From a virus: 64,000 bases of DNA. Shown piece by piece: positions 1 through 10,341 of this stretch. The notes under the pieces are model-generated. The model ran no database searches. It was not told the DNA's origin and saw only the letters and a program-made list of their open reading frames with translations. The first letter of the stretch is position 1, and every line of letters starts with the position of its first letter. The position numbers were made by a program, and so were the translations under genes. Where the stretch lies: positions 32,001 through 96,000 of IMG/VR virus record IMGVR_UViG_3300023174_000082, one strand, 5' to 3'.

Positions 1-78
1 GTGTGGCCGCCAAAAACTGTTTGTTAGTTTCAGTTTGAAAGATTTGCGGAAGAAAGTCTACTGAGCGTACTCGTGCCA

Positions 79-3000
79 TTAAATTACTCCGCTGCCTGGC
101 GCTGTGCGCAGGTTAGTACTGGTCAATGCTTCAATCACATCAATGTTATCAATGGTTGCGGCATTGGCAAAAATCTCATTGGGTTGAGACCGAATTTCAT
201 ACAAATCACCAAAGCTCTTTTGTGGATCCAAAGGAACTAGAACTACAGAACTGATGATTGTACCAAGTTGTCTGTGTAGGTAAGCAGCAAGTTCTGAAAA
301 ATAGAATGTGTCACCAAAGTTCCATTTGTCAATTGAAAAATAACTGTTCATTTCTGCTAGTACTGAGCTTTTGATTTCAGATGTTGATGCTGTTGAATTT
401 TGTGCTCTTATCACTTTGATAGTGGCACGCAATGTAGCCGCTGCTTTGTATCCAAACAGTGGTTTAAAAGTTACTGAGTTGACCACAATGTTGTCAGACA
501 CCATTTTGTAATCTTGTAGTCGTTGATATTCTGTACTTAGATCATCGATAGTTGGCTGTTCAGGTTCAGTGACTGTGCCAGTAGTGTCTTTCAACCAGTT
601 CTGATAGGCATTATAATAGCTCAAAGTAACCACATACAAATCAATGATGTTGGTGGTACCTGGGTCAATTCTACTGGTTAGTGGACTGTTGTGTCTGTAC
701 TGATAGTACAAACTTTGTCTGCCTGCTCTTGCAATCCATCCTGTAACTGCATTGAGTTCCAGCACTCCAGTCACTGTCAAACTCAGTTGATAAAATGCAT
801 CTTCACTGTATGCATAGAATACCTGTCCCGGTGACCACTCAGATTTTATCAATTCAATTTCGTCAAGAGTACCGTAGCTGTAAATTACCACACCTTCATC
901 TACCAACAGATAACGTTGCAAATTATCAAAGTCCACAGTTTGTTGTAAAAACACATAAGGTCCTGTGGTGCCAACTGGCCCAACAATTTCACTAAAGAAG
1001 TCTGGATTGTCTGGCACACCATCGTTGTCTGAGTCTCTGTATCCTACCAGCACCTGAAAGTCATCCACATAACCGTCGCTCTCCACTGGCTGACCAGTAA
1101 TGGTCATATAAATGTCACCTTCTAGCGGTTCACTAGAATTTGGTTGAGTGTTGACTGCCAGCACATTGATAAAATCTTTGATCACTGTGCCAGTGCGGCT
1201 GTCATAGATTTGCGCACCGTCATAGAAGAAGAATCTTGTTTGCAATACTGATCCAAAGTTATATGCAAGTCCACGGAATGTAATTGTGTAGTTTTGATTT
1301 TGAACCACAAATTGAATCAACCACGAAGAGTCTAAGTTGGCACCGCTAGTATTGCCAGCGTACTGCTGACTCCAGGCTGCGTCTTGATCTAAATTGGTAG
1401 ACTGGATCAAGTACCAAGAATATGGCGTGCCTGTGATTGACCCATCATTGTCATATCCTAGACCAAAATTACGGAATAGTACAATCTGCTCACTCATTGC
1501 TGACTCAATCGACAATGGCAAATCTGTAACAAACAACGGAATAATTGTGTCTACAATAGCACCAGTAGGAATAAAGTTATTGAGTATAACTGGGCCTGAC
1601 CCATTAGTTAGATTACCTAGACCAGAGTTCATACCATCGCCAGTTACTCGTATGGGGCTGGCCCAAATTTCCACACGTTCATCTGCCTTGGTTGGAGTAC
1701 CCAATTGTAGTTTGTTGTTTTTATCAAAAAAGTAACCGGTTGGTGGAACAAACCGCACTAGACTACCAACAATAGCATACAAGAAATTGGTAGTAGATTC
1801 ATCGCCCACTGCAATAGGTGTGCCTGAGCTGTTTTTAAAGTAACCAGTAGTTTCGTTGGCCAAAGTAGTGCTTTGATTCCAGGTGCTTCCGCCTGTACTC
1901 AAAGTGGTAACTGCACTCATTGAGCCTGAAGCCGAGCTTAATGTAACTGCTGATCCAGTAGCTGTAGTGCTTACAGTAAATGTACTATTGACTGAATTTA
2001 TGCTGACCACATAATATGGCAGGTCAGCAGTAATGCCACCAAACACTGTGCCTGAGAATGTGATTGGCATGCCAAGATAGGCATAGTCAAAAAACGCAGA
2101 GGTAGAACAAGTAATTGCATTGGTTGTAATTGTTGTAGCCGTGCAAGTGATATCTAAAGTGTTGATTAACTTTCTTGGAAAATTTCCATAGTAAAACTGC
2201 CGCATGGTAGTTTCAGTCAACTGTGGTTGCACCTGATTGGTAATTACATCAGCAATTTCATTGCGGTTGGTCCAACTAAACAGAATAGTTGGTAAAATAT
2301 TTTGTTCCCATAATCCGCCGTCGCTACCAAAGCTGTTGGTTGATGAGTATTTGCCAGTGTTGTCAACCAAGTCAAGATATCGACTGGTTCCAATTGACGC
2401 ACGATTCAATGCTTTAGATTTGATGATTGAATTGTACTGTGTGTAAGGAAACAAGTTATAGTCTTCGCCATTGACCATTCGATTTTGTGTGTAGTATCTA
2501 GCAGGCGCACGTTGTTTGATTTCTTCAATTGGCTCGCGTGCTTGGGCATTGCTTACTGGCCGAGTAATACCACAAGTAAATGTGATAGTTTGCAAATTGC
2601 CGTTGCGGTCAGTATAGCTAATAGGCAAAACTACATTTTGCATTTCTTCAGGATTGATAATGTACTGCAATCCATTAGAACTGCGCACATAAGCACGGAA
2701 AATTCCTACTGGAATTTCTGAAAATACGCCGTCACCAAACACCATAGTGATTTGATCGTTAGATCTCGAAGTTACAGAGTAAATGGGACGTAGTCCAGTC
2801 AACTGTTCAGTGGCGCCAACATAGATATTTTCTGTGTATTGCCATTCACGACTGATACTTCCCACGTTGTCAAGTTGAAACAACCAACGGTCTTCGTTGT
2901 TCACACCTTCAATGTTGATGTTTACTGTGCGGTTGGCAATACGTTCAGCTAAGTTAAAGTCTTGATTTTGTAATGTACCTTGTTTGAATGCAAAAAAGTA

Positions 3001-3759
3001 TCCAGTGTTAGCAGATTGATATCCCAGTTGGTCATTGCGATACAACACATTGAAACTGGTGTTTGGTTGTGGAGGCGGCTCGTAAATATAGTCGCGGCCA
3101 ACACTAGTTGAAGTTATTGCTTCAAACGGCATTGAAATTCCGTCCACAGTGGCGTTATAAGGAATAACTGGTAAGAATCCTGGCACAAGGTTAACAGCAT
3201 ACTCATCTGTTCGCACGCCTAATATGGTTTGTCTATTGCCTGGTCGACCAATGCGTTGACTATCTACTAGAGCAGCATTAATGATAGCAGTAAATTGTTC
3301 TTGCCAGTCTGGATTTGTTGGATCTGCCCAGTTCACAGTAACGTTGCTCAAGTTAACACCGTTATAGTCAATCACATTTTCAGTTGTGGTGACATTGAAT
3401 ACTTTGAGATACCCTTGAGCCGCAGTATTGCGTTTAGCAGTATAGCTGACCAAATTGGCCAAGCGCACAACTGAATCTCTGCGTTCTGCTGTGTCTAAAT
3501 AGTTTTCTCTGGTGTTTAGGTCCGTGCGAAAGGCCAGGGCTTGCCCCATAAATGCAATTACATCTAGTAAAGCAATGAATTCTGAGCTTTCGATGTAGTC
3601 GTTGAAAGTTTCTGGGTAGTAAAGACGTATGTAATCAATGAAACTTTTGCGTAGAGTTTCAAAGTCATAACTCTGAAAATCAGCTTCACGATAGGTTTGA
3701 TAGATCTGTTTCCAGTCTTCAACACCAAAAATTGCTGTTTGTCTTGTGGTCTTTGCCAT
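79..3759 (-). CDS. gp6: Baseplate wedge subunit (T4 gp6-like), 1226 aa
   Basis: N-terminal DFETLRKSFIDY...FNDYIESSEFIALLDVIAF...ENYLDTAERRDSVVRLA and internal ESIEEIK-like EPIEEIKQRAPARYYTQNRMVNGEDY motifs typical of gp6; follows the gp25-like gene. Confidence 0.85.
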   Translation of the reverse strand: MAKTTRQTAIFGVEDWKQIYQTYREADFQSYDFETLRKSFIDYIRLYYPETFNDYIESSEFIALLDVIAFMGQALAFRTDLNTRENYLDTAERRDSVVRLANLVSYTAKRNTAAQGYLKVFNVTTTENVIDYNGVNLSNVTVNWADPTNPDWQEQFTAIINAALVDSQRIGRPGNRQTILGVRTDEYAVNLVPGFLPVIPYNATVDGISMPFEAITSTSVGRDYIYEPPPQPNTSFNVLYRNDQLGYQSANTGYFFAFKQGTLQNQDFNLAERIANRTVNINIEGVNNEDRWLFQLDNVGSISREWQYTENIYVGATEQLTGLRPIYSVTSRSNDQITMVFGDGVFSEIPVGIFRAYVRSSNGLQYIINPEEMQNVVLPISYTDRNGNLQTITFTCGITRPVSNAQAREPIEEIKQRAPARYYTQNRMVNGEDYNLFPYTQYNSIIKSKALNRASIGTSRYLDLVDNTGKYSSTNSFGSDGGLWEQNILPTILFSWTNRNEIADVITNQVQPQLTETTMRQFYYGNFPRKLINTLDITCTATTITTNAITCSTSAFFDYAYLGMPITFSGTVFGGITADLPYYVVSINSVNSTFTVSTTATGSAVTLSSASGSMSAVTTLSTGGSTWNQSTTLANETTGYFKNSSGTPIAVGDESTTNFLYAIVGSLVRFVPPTGYFFDKNNKLQLGTPTKADERVEIWASPIRVTGDGMNSGLGNLTNGSGPVILNNFIPTGAIVDTIIPLFVTDLPLSIESAMSEQIVLFRNFGLGYDNDGSITGTPYSWYLIQSTNLDQDAAWSQQYAGNTSGANLDSSWLIQFVVQNQNYTITFRGLAYNFGSVLQTRFFFYDGAQIYDSRTGTVIKDFINVLAVNTQPNSSEPLEGDIYMTITGQPVESDGYVDDFQVLVGYRDSDNDGVPDNPDFFSEIVGPVGTTGPYVFLQQTVDFDNLQRYLLVDEGVVIYSYGTLDEIELIKSEWSPGQVFYAYSEDAFYQLSLTVTGVLELNAVTGWIARAGRQSLYYQYRHNSPLTSRIDPGTTNIIDLYVVTLSYYNAYQNWLKDTTGTVTEPEQPTIDDLSTEYQRLQDYKMVSDNIVVNSVTFKPLFGYKAAATLRATIKVIRAQNSTASTSEIKSSVLAEMNSYFSIDKWNFGDTFYFSELAAYLHRQLGTIISSVVLVPLDPQKSFGDLYEIRSQPNEIFANAATIDNIDVIEALTSTNLRTAPGSGVI

Positions 3760-3808
3760 GCCTCTTTGCCTTTAGATCTTGTATTTATTACTAGAAAAAA
3801 CGGCTCAG

Positions 3809-4183
3809 TTATACGTAGCTGGCTCTACGTTGTTGCAAATCAAAGAAAACACTTAAAAATTCAGCATCCGTTCCTGGTAACACTGCTATTTCTAACTGTA
3901 TCAGAAACCCGTTGTCTTGAGGAAACACTGCCATTTGTGTAACTTGTATTCTTGGATCGCCACCGCATACACGTTGAACTTCTGTTTCAATATTGCGTTG
4001 CAATTCAGTGATTTGATTTTCAAACACATAGTCCCACATCACAGTGCCGTACTGTGGTCGGCCTGGCAACTCTCCCTGACGTATGTTAAAGGCATTCAGC
4101 AGATCTCGTTTGATTAACTCAAAATCAACCAAAGTAAATTTTTTATATTGATTTATGGTATTGAAACCGATGAATGTGGTCAT
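3809..4183 (-). CDS. gp25: Baseplate wedge subunit (T4 gp25-like); start moved to ATG at 4183
   Basis: LIKRDLLNAFNIRQGELPGRPQYG...DPRI gp25/GPW motif; TAAATA lies 5 nt upstream of the 4183 ATG. Confidence 0.85.
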   Translation of the reverse strand: MTTFIGFNTINQYKKFTLVDFELIKRDLLNAFNIRQGELPGRPQYGTVMWDYVFENQITELQRNIETEVQRVCGGDPRIQVTQMAVFPQDNGFLIQLEIAVLPGTDAEFLSVFFDLQQRRASYV

Positions 4184-4199
4184 GACAATATTTATCGGC

Positions 4200-5705
4200 T
4201 CAAACAAGGTACTGTCTAAGCACTTCAATTGCGCTTTCAGTCACTTTGATTGATTCTGCAATTCTACGTTGTTCTTTTTCAATTTTGGCCACAAGGGCTG
4301 AATCATTTGCTAGTTTGGCCTGGCGAAGGAGTCCTTGCAATCTTCCATCAACAGCGTTATAGTCATTGATGTAGCTTTCAAGGTCTGCAATGTCTTTTCC
4401 GTAACTGTTTAACCTAGCTCGTTTTGCATCACTCTTGCTGAGAGTAATGACTGCTTGATCAAGAATTGCATTGGTCTGCTCAACAGCAATACCAAACTCA
4501 ATTCCTAGCTCGGATGTTGTAACTTTTGGCGGTGTGTTATTGTAGTCTACCGGGGGTATCTTTGGGTTACCAGTTACTCTAACTGCGGCAGCATTTAGTG
4601 TAACTCTGTTCACTGTGTCAAACACTGGCTCTCCTGGAGCCAACTGTTTCATTGCATCGTCAACTTTGGTTGCTGAAAAATCCACAGCAAAACTTGCATT
4701 TCGTGCTGTTTCATTCAGTGCTGTTTTAACATCAGTAGGCAGTGCTTTTCCTTGAGCCCAGTCCATGGTGTTGGTTATACTTTTGGCTGCATTCAATGCT
4801 GTGCCTGCTAGAGCACCGGCGCTGAGTTTGTCTGTAGGAATGCCTAATGCTTTTACTCCAGTCAGCCCATTGCTCATTAATTCTTGCTGTATGGTTTCTT
4901 GTTTTGGCAATGATCCTAACAAATCTTTTAGACTGGTAATGCCAGCCTTGCCTGTAAACACTGTGGGACTTTTTAAAACACTAGTCAATGTGTTGGTGCC
5001 ACTGGATAAAAATTGTGATACTGTGCCTGGTTTAAGAACTCCAGCAGCTTCCAGTTGAGACCCGTCAAACCCAAACTTTCCAACGCCTATAGAATTGCTA
5101 ACTTGACTGGCCACTTGTCCTATTGATCGAGATGCAGATGCCAAACTAGCAGTTACTTGACTTACTGATAAATTGCTAATGCCTGCCAACGCTGGCACTT
5201 GCTTGGCAAAATCTGGTATACCAATAGCAGCCGTTGGAGCTAATGCGCCAGCTGCGGCACTTTGTATGCCGCCAAGTGTTTGTTTGGCTACACTTATTCC
5301 TGAGTTTACTGCGCCAGCAATGCTGCTTGGTAATGCCGAAGCTGCTTGTAGTATTCCTGGTGCGCCAAGACCACCAGTGAGTCTGTTAGCAATACCCGAA
5401 GCAGCGCCATCAATACCACCAGGAATATTTTTTAATGCACCTTGCAATGCTCCTGACACTGTGCCACCAATGCCACTGGCAGCTTGTGACAAACTGGCTG
5501 CTGCCGATGACAATCCTTGTGCTGCCTGTGTGGCTGAACTCAAAGCATCGCCAACTTTTAGACCTGTTAGACTTCCTGTGCTTGCTTGTTTGTCAAAGAT
5601 AGCTTTGGCCTGATCAAACGTCATGCCTGGAGGAGCCTTAACTGTAAACACTTCTCCTATAGTTTTAGAAGAAAGTGCATCTAGGGAAAATTTAAATTCA
5701 CTCAT
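4200..5705 (-). CDS. Ala/Gly-rich baseplate-associated hypothetical protein, 501 aa
   Basis: Long ORF overlapping the gp5-like stop by 4 nt, within the baseplate operon. Confidence 0.6.
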   Translation of the reverse strand: MSEFKFSLDALSSKTIGEVFTVKAPPGMTFDQAKAIFDKQASTGSLTGLKVGDALSSATQAAQGLSSAAASLSQAASGIGGTVSGALQGALKNIPGGIDGAASGIANRLTGGLGAPGILQAASALPSSIAGAVNSGISVAKQTLGGIQSAAAGALAPTAAIGIPDFAKQVPALAGISNLSVSQVTASLASASRSIGQVASQVSNSIGVGKFGFDGSQLEAAGVLKPGTVSQFLSSGTNTLTSVLKSPTVFTGKAGITSLKDLLGSLPKQETIQQELMSNGLTGVKALGIPTDKLSAGALAGTALNAAKSITNTMDWAQGKALPTDVKTALNETARNASFAVDFSATKVDDAMKQLAPGEPVFDTVNRVTLNAAAVRVTGNPKIPPVDYNNTPPKVTTSELGIEFGIAVEQTNAILDQAVITLSKSDAKRARLNSYGKDIADLESYINDYNAVDGRLQGLLRQAKLANDSALVAKIEKEQRRIAESIKVTESAIEVLRQYLV

Positions 5706-7210
5706 GCTGTTTTCACAATCTCTACTCCAGCTGGTACCGGTTCGGCGCCTGGTGGAGGATCAGGCTGGCCTTCTTCAAAATCTAATTTAGTTTCAACTCC
5801 GGCATTGTGATAAGGCCAAGGTTCATGTGTGGGTGCTCTGGGCACAATAGTTTCTAACTTGTCTGTTTCAACTTCCCATCCTTTAGAAGTGCTAAATGTA
5901 GTTGAATCTAACAGTATTTTTTCTAATGCTTTTGGTGCATCAACTGCTGGGGCGGCAGGACCGTTGAAGTCAATGCCGCCAGCTGACACAACAAAACTTC
6001 CGCCAGCTGCCCAACTTCCGCCAGCACTTTCTAAGGCTAATGTTCCGTCAGCTTTCACACCAATTGTAGCTTTGCTGTACAACTTTAAATCAGCTTGTGC
6101 AGTAATTGATGCATTTACATCTGCTTCAACTGTGAAGTTGTTTTTGGCTTTGATATTAAAATTTCTCCCAGCGTACATGTTGATGTCTTGATCAGCATGA
6201 ATGTTAACATCGCCTTGACTGCGCACGTTTACTGAGTTTGTGCTGTAGACATCAATTGTACCTTCTTGACCTAGCTCAATCCAAGTTTGTCCGTTGGCAT
6301 GAATAAGATAGATAAAGTTGTTAGAGTCATTCATCATGAACTGATGACCTTTGGCGCTGCGCAGTCGAAACAGTTGATTTCTTCCGTTAATGTCGCCGTC
6401 GTCCATGACAAATGTGTGTCCGCCCATGCGGCCAATCACTTCTAACTCTGCTGGTTTTACTTCACCAGAGTTGAGTTTTTGTCGTATGTCAGCAGGCTTC
6501 AATCCACCTTGGTAAATTGCTGTTCCTGGTGTGGAAATACCAAAAACTGCTGACGGGCTTTCACGTTGACTTGAACTGCGGATAGGACCGCGTTCAGTGT
6601 CCTTGGCTAGTCCTTGTTGGAACAATGCCGCTGCCACTACGCTTTGCACTGGTTTGGCTTGATCAAAAAATCTTCCAGCGTTGTCTAGTTTGTTGTTGTT
6701 GGTGTTGAGTTCTGTTACTGGCAACAGTGGTGATTCGGCAAAATATGATTCTTGATTTGCATTGGTTGTTACATAGTTTGCTTCAGCACCAATAGCTGGT
6801 ATCATGTGTGTGAGTCCATTTTCTGGCAGCACACCAATATAGTAACCTTGTGAACGATCGCCATTGATAAAAACACACATGACTTGCAGGCCAAGATCAG
6901 GGGGAGTGAACCACATGCCATAGCTGTTGGGGTTGCCTGGATAGGTACCTGAATCGTTATCAGCTGTTTTGCCTGGAGGTGTTACTCCGTAAAAAGGTGG
7001 CATATAGCTTACTGTGGTCCATTTGCTTTGATCTTGGTCATCGCTTCCAGCATTGAATGCTTCAATAAACACTTGCAGTCTACCAAGTCGTGCAGGATCA
7101 ATGTTGTTCATTACTCGACCAACATAAGGACCGTACTCAGCAGGAACTCCGCCACGATCTTGTTTGTAGTTTGACGGTCTTCCCCTACTGCGTTCAATTT
7201 CTTCTGCCAT
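5702..7210 (-). CDS. gp5: Baseplate hub/central spike (T4 gp5/VgrG-like, OB-fold plus beta-helix)
   Basis: GRVMNNIDPARLGRLQVFI, MWFTPPDLG..V.C.FINGD OB-fold motifs; GHTFVMDD and beta-repeat C-terminus. Confidence 0.8.
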   Translation of the reverse strand: MAEEIERSRGRPSNYKQDRGGVPAEYGPYVGRVMNNIDPARLGRLQVFIEAFNAGSDDQDQSKWTTVSYMPPFYGVTPPGKTADNDSGTYPGNPNSYGMWFTPPDLGLQVMCVFINGDRSQGYYIGVLPENGLTHMIPAIGAEANYVTTNANQESYFAESPLLPVTELNTNNNKLDNAGRFFDQAKPVQSVVAAALFQQGLAKDTERGPIRSSSQRESPSAVFGISTPGTAIYQGGLKPADIRQKLNSGEVKPAELEVIGRMGGHTFVMDDGDINGRNQLFRLRSAKGHQFMMNDSNNFIYLIHANGQTWIELGQEGTIDVYSTNSVNVRSQGDVNIHADQDINMYAGRNFNIKAKNNFTVEADVNASITAQADLKLYSKATIGVKADGTLALESAGGSWAAGGSFVVSAGGIDFNGPAAPAVDAPKALEKILLDSTTFSTSKGWEVETDKLETIVPRAPTHEPWPYHNAGVETKLDFEEGQPDPPPGAEPVPAGVEIVKTA

Positions 7211-7218
7211 GTTTCACC

Positions 7219-10035
7219 TTAAGTTTCTCTTGCGCCTCTTTGTGTGCCACGAGGATTGGCATTTCTAAAAACTATAGCCGCACCTTGATTTGTATTAACA
7301 CCAACCACCTGCCCATTGCTAACAATTGGTTCTGCTGGATTCCAAGGGGTAGGTGTGTAGTTACTAAATCTAGCCAGCTCGGCTTGCGCAAATGAATCAC
7401 CTGCCGCAGATGGACCAGCTCTTGAAAATGGAGCATTTCTTGGTCCAGTAGCCGTGGCTTTTTTCACTGTGGCGGCGGCAGTTTTTGCTGCACTAGACCC
7501 GCCAGGGCCAGAACGAGTCAATGCCTGATTGATTGCATCTTGTTCAGCAGTTGACGCACCACCGTAACTTTCATCTCCAGCTGCTGGTGTAGATGCAGTT
7601 GTAGCGGTGTTTGTTTTTTGTGGAATTGGTACAGAATAAATTACAGCGTCAATATCTTGTTCAAATCTTCCTTGATTAAAACTACTTACAATTTCTTTTG
7701 CTCGGTATACAATACTTTGAATGGGCTGTCGATCACCGTAGATTTTTTCAGTACGACTATATGGATCGGCAAGACCTGTGGTTAAGTTGTAGTCTTCTGG
7801 ACGTTGCCACACCAACTCAAACAGCACGTCACGGATATCAAAATTTATTGTGCCATCTCGTGCAAATGGTGAGTATGAAATTTTACTTGCATCCAATGCT
7901 CCAGCAACAGATCCTTGTTGTATCCATGCAGGATCTCCCAAAATTTTTATCTTGGCGCTGGCGTTATCCGATGGGTTGTACAAGTACTCAGCCGCGCTGG
8001 CTCCCAGCTCGTTGGCTTTGCCGCCGGCTCCTTGAGAAGATTCTGTACTGCGACTTTGATAAGAAATAAAAGGAATTTCTCTCATGCTAGTGGCCTGTGT
8101 TTTTCTAATAGTGGCTAAGGCTGAATTTTCTGGGCTGGATCCAGTTAGTGTTTGAATGTACAGTTTATTGAAAGTGGCAGTGTAATTTAACACTGCTGTA
8201 TTTTCACCAGTAAACCACCAAGGGTAACGTTTAACTAAACCAGGAAACTTTACTCCAGGAAAGTAACTGCTTTTCATTTCAGCTGGTGAGTAAGGCACTA
8301 TAATAAATTTTACTCGATAGGCAAAATCGTTGCGTTTTTCATCATACTCCAAAGGAGTGGCCGACATCAATATGTTAAACCATTTGAAGTCTTGTGTTTC
8401 TGATCCTGGTTTAACTTCTGGATCACCACTCTCCTCATTGAGAATCAAGTTTGCTTGATCAGTAATATAGCTAGAATTTCTCACAATCAATTCAATTGCT
8501 TGCAGTACCTGCATGCCGGCTGTGATGCCAAAACTTCTTGTTTTAGTATCCATAGCACCTTTGTCTGGACTGGCTGCAGAAGGATCGCTTGACACTGGGG
8601 CACTTACTGCGGTAGCAGATTTGTTTACAGGCGTTCCAGGTTTTTGTACAGTGGCATCTTGTATTAATTCAGCGCCATTGGCAAATTCCAATTCATATAC
8701 ATCTGCCACGGTGTAAGTTCCAATTGATACCAAACGTTGCTGTTCGCTATTCATAGCTTCAATCAATCCACGCTGTATGGTTTTTTTGTTGTTAGGTGCA
8801 GCAGTTGCTTTGGGTGGGACTCGTGGATCGCTGGCAGCAGATCGGCGTCCGCGACCATCTGTCTGAGTTCGATCTGCTGTGGTTGTTGCGCCAGGGGTAG
8901 CGGCAGCAGGGGGTGCGCCGTATACTGCTTGGCCTTTAAGCATGTCAGACACACTGGCACCAGTGAGTTCAATGTCACCAGGGATAGTACCTCTCTTGGT
9001 ACCTCCAGCAATCAGCTGTCCAATTGGAGCACATTCAAAATCATAGCTGACCAGTTTGCCGGCCACAGACCAATTGATATTTTTGATTCTAAACGGAATG
9101 TATTTTTCTATCAAGGCACTAGGGTCTGACAATCCAGTTACTGGATCTGCCACACCTACTGTTTGTAAATTTCCATTTGCATCGTAGCCAAAAAATCTAA
9201 TTACCATGAGATATATTGCTGCTGCATAATTTACGGCACCTGCGGCACCTTTGGGTGCTACGTCTTGTACTGCTTTGTAAATGTTGTCTATCAAGGTAAT
9301 GTTGGCTGGCTCAATCACTGTGAACTTTAGGTCAGTTACTGAGTGCGCAGCCATGGTATTTTTGCCAAGCAGTTTGTTAGTGACTTTTATTGAATCTATG
9401 TAGTAGTCGTAAGGAAAAAACGGATTGCGTCCAGCTTCAAACGAAGGTGACTGAGGGGCTGCAGGTGTAGAACTACTAGTACCATCGTTTTCAAAAAATG
9501 TTTGTAATGAAGGTGCTGCTGGACCTTGAGGGCCACCAATGTTGTTGGGTGCGCCGCCAGTTTGAAACAGCAAATTATAACCGTTGATTGTTTTTTTCTC
9601 AGACAGTTGATATGCCGAATACTGTGCATTAGACATCAAATATACTGATGCTTGATAGGTATAGCTTGAAAACTTATCTAATACGTTTGGCTGCGGTTTG
9701 ATTGTTTCATTGGCAGGGCTTGCGGCATTTACTGCGGCCTGTGCGTTAACTGTGCTTGGTGCGGGATTGTTGTCATTGGCGCCAACCCCTGGTTCAGTTT
9801 TTAACTCAACACCACCTGCAATTCCTGACGCATCATAACGTTCACCAGTTTCGGGGTTTATTCGTAAGTTTGATAACGCACCGTCTTCTGCTCGAATATT
9901 GAAACCTATTGCTTGACCATCCTGATTTACACCATTAGTAGCTTGTGTCTGAGTTAGTGTTTTTACTGGAGGATCGGTATTTTGATCTCCTCCACCAGCA
10001 TTAGAAACAACTGGAACGTCTGCGGTTGTGGCCAT
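7219..10035 (-). CDS. Putative baseplate hub protein (gp27-like position), 938 aa
   Basis: Lies between gp53-like and gp5-like genes; C-terminal IKILGDP and YRAKEIVSSFNQGRFEQ motifs resemble contractile-tail hub proteins. Confidence 0.55.
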   Translation of the reverse strand: MATTADVPVVSNAGGGDQNTDPPVKTLTQTQATNGVNQDGQAIGFNIRAEDGALSNLRINPETGERYDASGIAGGVELKTEPGVGANDNNPAPSTVNAQAAVNAASPANETIKPQPNVLDKFSSYTYQASVYLMSNAQYSAYQLSEKKTINGYNLLFQTGGAPNNIGGPQGPAAPSLQTFFENDGTSSSTPAAPQSPSFEAGRNPFFPYDYYIDSIKVTNKLLGKNTMAAHSVTDLKFTVIEPANITLIDNIYKAVQDVAPKGAAGAVNYAAAIYLMVIRFFGYDANGNLQTVGVADPVTGLSDPSALIEKYIPFRIKNINWSVAGKLVSYDFECAPIGQLIAGGTKRGTIPGDIELTGASVSDMLKGQAVYGAPPAAATPGATTTADRTQTDGRGRRSAASDPRVPPKATAAPNNKKTIQRGLIEAMNSEQQRLVSIGTYTVADVYELEFANGAELIQDATVQKPGTPVNKSATAVSAPVSSDPSAASPDKGAMDTKTRSFGITAGMQVLQAIELIVRNSSYITDQANLILNEESGDPEVKPGSETQDFKWFNILMSATPLEYDEKRNDFAYRVKFIIVPYSPAEMKSSYFPGVKFPGLVKRYPWWFTGENTAVLNYTATFNKLYIQTLTGSSPENSALATIRKTQATSMREIPFISYQSRSTESSQGAGGKANELGASAAEYLYNPSDNASAKIKILGDPAWIQQGSVAGALDASKISYSPFARDGTINFDIRDVLFELVWQRPEDYNLTTGLADPYSRTEKIYGDRQPIQSIVYRAKEIVSSFNQGRFEQDIDAVIYSVPIPQKTNTATTASTPAAGDESYGGASTAEQDAINQALTRSGPGGSSAAKTAAATVKKATATGPRNAPFSRAGPSAAGDSFAQAELARFSNYTPTPWNPAEPIVSNGQVVGVNTNQGAAIVFRNANPRGTQRGARET

Positions 10036-10038
10036 ATG

Positions 10039-10341
10039 TTAATACCCCAATGTAGATTTTAGTGTTGATTCTTTGGGAAGATAAATTTGTGTTCCTACAG
10101 AAAAATCCAGTGGAGGTTTGATTAATGTGTTTGGATTGCGTTGATAGAACACCCACCAAAGACCTGGCACGCCATACAAGTCATAGGCCAACATGTCAGG
10201 TCTATACTGATAGGTTAAATTTATAGTAAACAAAATATCATCAGTTTCTTTGGGAATAGGTCTGTTGACCATGACATCCAAGAAAAATTGTGAGTACCCA
10301 GTTTGATAGTAAGGACTGGTAGAGTCGTAGTTTGTGGCCAT
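10039..10341 (-). CDS. gp53: Baseplate wedge subunit (T4 gp53-like, LysM-like)
   Basis: YQYRPDMLAYDLYGVPGLWWVFYQRN motif. Confidence 0.8.
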   Translation of the reverse strand: MATNYDSTSPYYQTGYSQFFLDVMVNRPIPKETDDILFTINLTYQYRPDMLAYDLYGVPGLWWVFYQRNPNTLIKPPLDFSVGTQIYLPKESTLKSTLGY

